From contig JAAOMT010000372.1 of the NCBI GenBank assembly GCA_016748015.1, positions 124,001 to 188,000 of the forward strand: a DNA stretch of 64,000 nucleotides. The letters are read 5' to 3'. The notes below the pieces were generated by a model. That model was not told where the DNA came from and made no database searches. It saw nothing but the letters and a program-made list of their open reading frames with translations. Source of the DNA: Geosiphon pyriformis uo1 (taxonomy: Eukaryota; Fungi; Glomeromycota). Positions 53,514-62,291 of the stretch are shown here, one piece after another; position 1 is the stretch's first letter, and the number at the start of each line of letters is the position of its first letter. A program made the position numbers and the translations under genes.

Positions 53514-54904
53514 ATGGGTGATTACTCATATCTGCCACAGCAATCAGAAGAACACTTTGTAGCACACAACAGAAATGACCAAAGTTTCATTGAACTTAAT
53601 TCTCTGCCCTCCTGCTTGATCTGCTTCCCCCTTGAAGAACAATCAAGTAGACAATTTCAAGACTTTTGGAACTGGTTCCTGAACGAGCATTCAGCTGAAA
53701 CCTACACAGCTTATACAACCTATTACTTTGACCAAGCTTATTTTGAAAACAACTTTGAAGAAAGAAACAACAGTATCAATCAGCTCTTATATTCTGCAAC
53801 CTTTGAACAACAGCCCCCTGATTTCGAATATCTGAATCATCAAATCCACATTTGGATTGCTGCCCATCAAGCAACTGAAACTCCCTTTGAAACAGAAGAA
53901 GAAAGCTACCAAACTNNNNNNNNNNNNNNNNNNNNATTGAATGATTGGATGACTTTGAAAGAGCTGCTACAGCCAATCAATATGATGATGAGTACAAGTT
54001 CCAAATTGTTGGTGGCTACCTTCAAGGATCCCCTGCTACCTGGTTCTCACAAGAAACAGATGCCAATGCCCAGCAAAGAATCGTTAGATGGACACCAGCA
54101 AATGTGGGAGAAATCAACACTTCTTTCACTACCCGGTTTGAAAACAAGTTCAGAACCCCAATATTAATATCAAAATGGCGTATGGAATTGGAAAGAAGAA
54201 CCCAAGATCCCAGTAAAGTTGTAACCAAATACGCCAAAGCAATCAGAAAGTTAATCAAATGAGTAGACACTGGAAGAAATTGGACAGAAGAGCAGAAAAT
54301 TCACTCCTTTACAAAAGGATTGAGAACTGATCTATCGTATGCTCTTTGGCCCCTCCTGGCCCTGAAAGATAATCTCACTATGGATATGGTCATTGAATTA
54401 GCACAAAGAATTAAAGACAACCAAAGGATGCACTTGGGATCCACACTACCAGTTTTTGCTCCTGTTCCTGTCATGGCTCCTGCCCCTCAAATGGCTGCTA
54501 CTTCTTTTGCCACTCACACTCAAGATCCAAATGAACAGTTAATAGACAGACTCACAGCAAATCTTGCTTGGTTATTAGAACCCTTAGCCCAAGCAGTCAG
54601 AGAAAATCAGCAACCACAAAGACCCAGATTTGAACCACACTTCAATCAGCCCCAGCAACCACCTTATCAAAGACAACAAAATCATGGCCCACCTGTATGC
54701 TATCACTGTGGATTAACTGGACACTTTTCAAGAGATTGCAACAATCCTCTACTGCCTCCACCAGTCCCCAGAAACAATGATGCTCAGAACAACAGGATCA
54801 ACAACAACAATGTGCCCAACCAAAGACCCAATCATGCCAACATCAATTTCTTTGGAGAGGATCCCCTAGTTGAAGCCACTGTTTATCAGCCTTTAAACTG
54901 GTAG
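53514..54904 (+). pseudogene. gag of B5 (N-terminal extension, capsid-like region, CCHC knuckle)
   Basis: ATG 30 nt after the PBS; WMDDFERAATANQY; CYHCGLTGHFSRDC; contains a gap and one TGA. Confidence 0.9.
53916..53935. other. Assembly gap (20 N); part of gag missing relative to sister copies
   Basis: The segment APVFD...QDP seen in B2/B3 is absent. Confidence 0.9.
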
Positions 54905-54938
54905 GCGCACCTCCAAAGGGTGAGAGTGTAAGCCAACC
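54892..54938 (+). promoter_or_regulatory. Putative -1 ribosomal frameshift signal (T TTA AAC + hairpin)
   Basis: Heptamer in the correct phase just before the gag stop; the -1 frame is open into pol. Confidence 0.8.
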
Positions 54939-57585
54939 AGAAGAAAACCCCTTTTACGCTTTTAACTTAACTGATGATAACTATGACATGGATGAATTAG
55001 CAATCAACCCCTCTGAATCCACAAGAAAGAAGAAGAAAGCCAAAGTTGATTTTGTTCTAGACCCCAATAAAGCTTTTACATTAACTGCTGACAACAATGA
55101 GCCCCCAAAAGCCAAAGTTTTCAAGAACCCTCCAAAGTTGGAACCCCCAGAAATAGTACAAAAATCCGGTCCCTATTCTGTTGTCAAAGACCTTATGGAA
55201 ACCCCAGCACATATAACCTTTGGCCAATTGATGACCCATTCACAATTCAGAAAAGATTTTCGCAAATCCCTGATTCCAAAAAAAAAGACACCCAAAACCA
55301 ACAAACGCCCTCGCCAAGCTGGACTTGCTGACAATAGCAATGTTACTCTTCTAATTTGTAAAGCCCAAGTGGCTGGCTACTTCATCGATTTGATCCTAGA
55401 CAGTGGATCATCTGTTAGTGTTATTGCCAAACACTTTCTTGAAGCAATTGGCAGAAAAATTGATGAACCATTCACATGACCAATGACCAATGTGCATGGT
55501 GATAAGAAAAAAGGGCTTGGCATAGCCAAAGCTATTCCTGTCTGCATCAATGGCATCAGCATTGAAACTGATATGGAAGTGTCTGAAGCAAAAGAATACA
55601 CCATCATTGTTGGCAATGAATGGCTCAAAAAAGCAAAGGCTTTGCTTGATTATGAACTCTGTGAACTAACCATCAAATGTGGTGAGAAACCCATTGTGGT
55701 TAAGTGTCACCATTGGACAACTCCCCCAGTACCCAAGCAGAGCTCAGAAGAAAATGAATCAAATGAATCAGATAATGAAGAAAGTGAGGAAGAAGAAGAA
55801 CAAGAAGAACAAGAAGAATCTGCTGAACTCACCTATACCATCTTCACTAGCAATGGCAAACCACTGAATAATGTCAAGGCAGATAAAGAAGGAATCATTG
55901 TCAATGGCAAGCTGATCTGCTGGCCTTATTATGACATGCTCAGAAGAACCTTTGACAGAAAGCCAGGCAAGAAAGCCAAATACAGTTATTGGTGGCATGG
56001 TTCTTGTGCCCAGTGCTGGTGTGACAAACCATTGTATTCTCCTAGCGATGAATGCATGTCCTGCTTGATCTATTACAAAGATTGGGAACCAATCAGCTTG
56101 ATACCCCATGAGGAAATAAAAGAAGTCCAAAAGTTCTTTGAAAACGAACCACCTGAAATTCAATCACTGGTTGTAGAACAAAGAGAACCCTCTCCAGAAG
56201 AAAGAAAAGTAGACATTGAAAACCTGCTGGCTAGAAACAGTCCAGTTATCTCAAAAGAAGGTGAACCTCCTGGATGTACACATATGATACAACACACTAT
56301 CATCACCAGAGAAACTTGCCCCATCCATTTGAAGCCCTATCAATCCAACAGGCACAATGATGAGTTTATCAAAAAGGAAATAACCCGAATAAAAACCCTT
56401 GGATTCATACAGGAAACCAAGAGTGAATAGGCATTCCCAGTTGTAGTGGTATCCAAGAAAGGAGGAACCCTACGCTTTTGTGTTGACTATCACCAATTAA
56501 ATGCCATTACTGAAAGAGACATGTACCCACTTCCCAAGATTGATGCAATGCTAGACCAATTCTATGGTGCCGCTTTCTTCTCAACCATTGACTTAACTGC
56601 TGGATTCTGGCAAGTAGAGATGGATCCAGAAAGCAGAAAGAAAACTGCCTTCATCACCAAGTATGGTACCTATGAATTCACAGTCATTCCTTTTGGTCTC
56701 ACAAATGCTCCTCCCACATTTCAACACTTAATGGACAAAGTATTTGAATCAGTAAAAGAAAACTTTGTTCTAGTCTACTTGGATGACATAATAGTATACT
56801 CAAAAACCTGGGATGAACACCTTGAACATTTTCAAAAGGTTTTTGACCTCCTTAGAAATGCTGGTCTCAAGATCAATTCAATCAAATCATTCTTTGGACG
56901 TCAATCCACCCAGTTCCTTGGCCATCTTATTACAAAAGATGGAATCTTCCCTGATCCAGCCAAAATTGAAAAAGTTCAAAACATTAGACAATCAATGAAT
57001 GTTCATAAACTACGCTCTTTTCTTGGTTTGGCCTCTTATTATCACAAGTTTGTCAAGGATTTCTCCAAAATCACTGCTCCTCTCAATCAGCTACTTAGGA
57101 AAAACATCAATTATCACTGGGGCACTCATCAACAAAAAGCATTTGAAATTCTGAAGGAAAAACTGGTTACAGAACCCATCCTCATGCAACCTAATTTGGA
57201 TCAACCTTTTATTCTCCACACTGATGCATCTGGCTATGGACTTGGTGCTGTTCTTTCCCAAAAAGATGAAGATAACAGAGAACATGCCGTAGCATATGCC
57301 AGTAGAACTTTTATACCAGCAGAAAGGAACTACTCAGTTACTAAGCAGGAATGCTTAGCAGTAGTTTGGGCTACCAGCTACTGGGACAAATATCTTAAGG
57401 GTGTGAAATTTTTGGTGGTAACAGATCACCAAGCTTTGGTTTGGCTACACAACAAAAGAAACCTGGAACATAAACGGATAACTCGCTGAATACTCCACTT
57501 GGACGAATTCGACTATGACATTCAACACCACAAAGGAGCTAATCATCAAAACACCAATGCTCTCTCCAGACTTACCATCCAGTGA
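54892..57585 (+). pseudogene. pol of B5: protease, Cys-rich linker, RT, RNase H; ends in a stop before integrase
   Basis: LDSGSS; RFCVDY; YLDD; LHTDASGYGLGAVL; TDHQAL; ALSRLTIQ*; three internal stops. Confidence 0.93.
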
Positions 57586-57650
57586 TAGTAAAACCCTCTC
57601 AAACCAAACCAACTTAATTATTTGTAACTCCCCCACAAACAAACACAATA

Positions 57651-58923
57651 ATGGACTTGGACAACTACTCTGCTTTAATGAAATTTTTGGGTAAAGGACA
57701 ATACCTGCCAGACTATACTCGACAGCAAAGAGAACATTTGTGCAAACAATTAAATTTCTATTTGATTCGCCAGAACAAGTTATATAAAAGAAATAGAAAA
57801 GATCCTGACCACCCCCAGAGAGTCATTAGATTTGAAGAAAGAGAAATTGTGATCTACAATATGCACACTGATCCATTAACTGGACACTTTGGAAAAACAA
57901 AAACAATTCAGAAAACTTTAGCTTGCTATTATTGGCCTACCTTGGGAAAAGACATTGCTAAATACATCAAAACCTGTGATACCTGCCAAAGAAGAGGAAA
58001 ACCCAATTGCAAGGAAGATATCCATCCAATCTCTGTTGGTCAACCATTTGATAGAATTGGTATAGATGTTGTTGAACCGTTAACAGTAACTCCTGATGGC
58101 AACAGATACATTATCACAGCTACTGACTATCTTACAAAATGAGTAGAAGCAAGAGCCACCCCAGATCAAACAGCAGTCTCAATTCGGCTGCCCCAAAGAA
58201 CTTTTATCTGATAGAGGAAGAGCTTTTCTCAGTACACTGGTTGAAGAACTTTGCAGAAAAATGGGAATACGTCATAAACTCTCTTCCCCTTATCACCCCC
58301 AAACAAATGGCCTAGTAGAACGTTTCAATAGAACACTATGTGAAACCCTAGCCAAAACCAGTGAAGAAACCAACCTATGGGACAAAGTATTGTCTTCAGC
58401 CTTGTTTGCTTACAGAACTGTGAATCATGACATAACAAGTTATGAACTCTTTTATCTGCTCTATGGACAAATGGCAACTCTACCAATAGAAATGGATATA
58501 GAAACAATATCTTTTGAAGAAATAACAATAGGAGATTACAAGGACATTTTGCAAAGAAGACTTGGTACCATTCTTGACTCATTAGTAGAAGCACGGATAA
58601 TTGCCTTTGAAAAGATAAAACAGGTCCAAGAGAAGCTCAAAAAGAAAAAGACCTATAAAACACTTTCCTTAAGTGTTGGTGACTTAGTTTTGGAATACCG
58701 TTCAGACAGAAACAATGTCTATGGTGATAAATTCTCTAGCCGGTGGAAAGAACCCTTTATAGTCAACAAAGTTTTGAACAATGGTTTTTATATCTTACAA
58801 GATCAATATGGAACAATATTCAGTGATCGCCCTGTTCATGGCATGCAACTCAAGAAATATCACAAACGACCTGATTGGTTACCTGTTGTGGTAATACTGA
58901 CCCAAATGATCAGCAAAAATTAG
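57651..58923 (+). pseudogene. Integrase of B5 in its own ORF; frameshifted by a 35-nt net deletion
   Basis: HTDPLTGH...CDTCQ (HHCC); IGID; SDRG; YHPQTNGLVERFN; GPY/F-type tail. Confidence 0.93.
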
Positions 58924-58970
58924 ATATAAATAAATACACTATTCCCAAAACAGAGGTATCTTCAATTGAC

Positions 58971-59627
58971 ATAAACAATTATTTCTTGGATCAAAACATT
59001 CAAAACGCTTTCTATACTCTCCATGAGTACTGGATCAAGAACTATTCAAATGCTACTCTGACTATCGGAAAACAAACCACTATAACAGACAACAGTGGAA
59101 CTCACACTGTTATTAGACCAAAGAAAACAACTACCAGAAGAGAAAGAATTGGTGGCAAAATGGATAAATACCTGCTGGAAAGCATAACAGCAGTGATACT
59201 TTCACCTTCCAGCACAATTGGAAAAACAATACAAGAAATCTTGCCCATAGACAAAAACTTGTCATATGGAAAACAACTAGAACTCTATGGTCATCTTGGT
59301 GAAATCATAGAAGACATGAAGCTCATGAAGAAAACAACTTCAGAGATACAAGTGGAAATTTCGGGCATTATACGATTGAATGTCCCAAGAGTTTTGACCA
59401 TTGCTAGAAAAGCCAAAACTCTAATACAAAGATTTGGTCTCTTGGATACAAAGCTTATTTCACCTCAAGTACTATATACTCTATCCACAAAAGACTTCAA
59501 CAAACTAGTTAGTTTTGAGTTAGACAAAACCCTTCACATAGACTATCCCATAAATAGTTTGATTTCGCCGGAGCTCAATCTCTTTGGAGAGGATGATGTT
59601 ATGGTTGAAACACATAGTTTTTATTAA
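58971..59627 (+). CDS. Extra ORF of unknown function (~218 aa) in the env position, overlapping the PPT and U3
   Basis: Stop-free frame from 58875; start codon is ATA here but ATG in B2 (15776) and B3 (41169); present in B1-B5. Confidence 0.75.
   Translation: MNNYFLDQNIQNAFYTLHEYWIKNYSNATLTIGKQTTITDNSGTHTVIRPKKTTTRRERIGGKMDKYLLESITAVILSPSSTIGKTIQEILPIDKNLSYGKQLELYGHLGEIIEDMKLMKKTTSEIQVEISGIIRLNVPRVLTIARKAKTLIQRFGLLDTKLISPQVLYTLSTKDFNKLVSFELDKTLHIDYPINSLISPELNLFGEDDVMVETHSFY
59586..59596 (+). promoter_or_regulatory. Polypurine tract GGAGAGGATGA
   Basis: Immediately 5' of the 3' LTR; conserved in B2, B3 and B4. Confidence 0.85.
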
Positions 59628-59683
59628 TTATCACATGTATTAGCCACTGATGTTATATAATTAGCCACCCTATTTTTAGATAG

Positions 59684-59803
59684 TGATCATTAACCTGATC
59701 AATGACCTGACCGTTGACCTGATCATTGACCTGATCATTGACCTGATCAATGACCTGATCATTGACCTGATCATTGACCTAATCATTGACCTGGTCATTG
59801 ACC
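59684..59803 (+). repeat. 12-bp tandem array (TGATCATTGACC)n in the U3 of the family B LTR
   Basis: 10 units here; 2-11 units in other LTR copies. Confidence 0.95.
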
Positions 59804-62291
59804 ACTTTAGATAGCTATATAAGCAATGATTCTCTTAGCTGTAGAAAGACATGATCAAAGTAACAAAATAAACAATATCAATTACTTCCTCTCATAATCG
59901 CTTATTCCCCTTTCCTTACCTTCAAGTATCTACTTGTTGGCATTCACATACCTTATCTTTTCCCCTTCTTGATTTGTATTTGTTAGAATTAGCCTAAGAA
60001 GCAATTGGCTTGCTCTTGTAATTCATTGAATAAAGAAACAATTGAAAAGTACAACAATACCTGTTATTGATTCTAAGAATCACTGAGTTGAGGCATAGAA
60101 TAATAGCAGCGGTGTTATCTTGTTGACAATCACAGACTATTCTTCTACCTTCAAATTTAAGAAAAGATTAGCGACTGTGATTTTTATGAGACTGATCACG
60201 CACATTGAATTCCTACTTATTCAATTCGCTCCCTTATTGTAATTCCTTCTTTGTTTATTTCCATCACCATACAATACTGTTCTCCCTTGCTATCCATTAG
60301 CTTGTTACTCCAACCCATAACAATAGTAAGAAACCAAGAAATCAGAATAGATTTCTCCCAAATTGCTGAAAGGGATCAAGCTAAAAAAATCCTAACAGAT
60401 GTGGAAATTGAGCTATTTTTGGTGGCAATTGATGGCAAAAAAAGGTTCTAGTTAGAAACATTCCTTTAAGTATTTCTGACAGAGAAGTTGGAGCTGTCAT
60501 GAAAGAATTTGGGGAGATTAAAAAAGTCCAAATCAAAGTGACTGAAAAATGGCAGTCAGCAATAGTTGAGTTCAATAACCAAAAAGAGGCAACCAGAGCT
60601 ATAGACCAATGGTCAACCCTAATCAGGAAAGATGCAATTAGAATTTATCCAATAATAGGTATCCAAAAAATTATTGAGCAGAGGAAAACCTGGGAAGCTA
60701 AGCTTGTTGGCTTACCACAGAACTATACTGCCTACTACCTAAGTACCACTCAAGAACTAGCAGAAACTACACCAGAATGGGCTGTGCTTACATAGGGTTT
60801 GATAGTGAAGTCAGTCATCACAATGCTACCAGTAAGTCCTTGGTAATTGGAGACACCTTGGTTCACTGGATGCCTACTGGTGCTAAAGAGTGTCATTTTT
60901 GTTATCAAATAGGACACTTGGTCTCAAATTGTCCTACTTTATTTAAGAAGAAGAAGGGAAATACCAAGAAAGTTACCAACAACATACAATTGGCCAAATT
61001 GTATGTTAAAAAGAAGGTACCAGAAAAACCCATTAAGGCCTTTAGAGGAAGGTCATATGCTGAAATGGCAGTACTTAACTCATCAAGTAATAGGAACAAT
61101 GCAAACTCAAGTGCGTCTCAAAAAGCTGGCTCACAAGTATACAACATAGAGAGCCAACAGAAAAAAGGGACAGACCAATCATGGAGGAATGAAATTGATG
61201 AATTAAGACAACAGGTAAATGAAATGACCAGACTACTGAATGCTGTGGCTTTAAAACTTGGGATAACAGTGGAAAAAAAAAATGATGGCAAAGTAGTAAA
61301 TCAACCACCAAGTCATATATTAGAGGAAAGAAAAGAAGGGGATAACAAAAAAGTGGACCAGAATATGTCCTCCAAACATATCTCAGGGGAAAAAAAAGAG
61401 GCATACAACCCAGAGAAAGAAATCAATGAAATTAAAAAAGCCCTGGAACCTATTATGATACTGCTAAAACAGGTGGAGAAACAGAATGATTGGAATAGTG
61501 CTATGGTTGGAGAATCTAAATCTATAGAAACAAATGATGTATAGTACATCCTACTTCAATTCAGAGCAGAACATTGCCAATAATAATACTTGAAAAATAG
61601 AAACTATTAATGTTAGAGGGCTTAACAATTTTGACAAAGCTAAGGAAGTACTACAATAGATTAAAGAAGAACAGTTCAATTTTGTGGTCATTACAGAAAC
61701 TAAACTGACCCCACTCAAAAAAAAAAATGTGTTTTTTGGTACTGGGAATTATTATGTCTTTTGGAAGTCAAGCACTGAGAAACAAATGGGAACTGGGTTG
61801 GGCATACTGGTTAAAAAACATTGGGCACACCATGTGAAGGTGATTAGGGGTTATCATGAGAGACTTTTACATCTGATATTAAAATTTAGAGGTAAAATAA
61901 GTGTACACATAGTTGGGTTGTACATGCCTGCATCAAAATCACCTCCTGAAAGAATGGTTGCAAAAGAGATCAGAAAGTTTTTAGCAGACATTGTACAAAA
62001 CAAAGAAATTGTCATAGTGGCAGGAAGATCTGACATCTAAATCACTTGAAGAGACAATTGCCACAAACAAGGAAAAAAAATGCCCCACTGCAACATTGCT
62101 ACAACAGATGAATCTGGTGAATATACATGGAATGTATGCAGTAAACAATCCAGATAAAACATGGGCAGCAAATGGAGTACAAAGAAAATTAGATTATGTG
62201 TTTACTGATGTTGTTACAGCCTCAATGGTTACAAATATTGGGGTGATTAATGTTAATGAATTATTTAGCACTGATTACAAAGTGATGGTAG

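Larger units (their letters stand above)
52760..60322 (+). mobile_element. Gypsy family B copy B5, full length and least mutated (LTRs 52760-53461 and 59597-60322)
   Basis: Paired LTRs TGTTA...TAACA, TSD ATAG, all internal domains present. Confidence 0.98.
51631..62291 (+). mobile_element. LINE (second type): ORF1 split by B5, ORF2 endonuclease cut by B6
   Basis: ORF1 reads through B5 once it is removed (LEAVI|VRNQEIRIDFS); RRM-like 'VRNIPL...MKEFGEIKKVQI..SAIVEF'; CHFCYQIGHLVSNC; ORF2 from ~61534 'TINVRGLN', 'VITETKL', 'KLDYVF', 'FSTDY'; 5' boundary approximate. Confidence 0.88.

Noticed and set aside
58875-59627. Calling the extra ORF env or a chromodomain
   Set aside because: No signal peptide, transmembrane segment or furin-site/fusion-peptide arrangement; no chromodomain aromatic pattern visible.
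59684-59803. CRISPR-like appearance of the TGATCATTGACC array
   Set aside because: Contiguous 12-mers with no unique spacers, inside an LTR of a eukaryotic genome; no cas genes.
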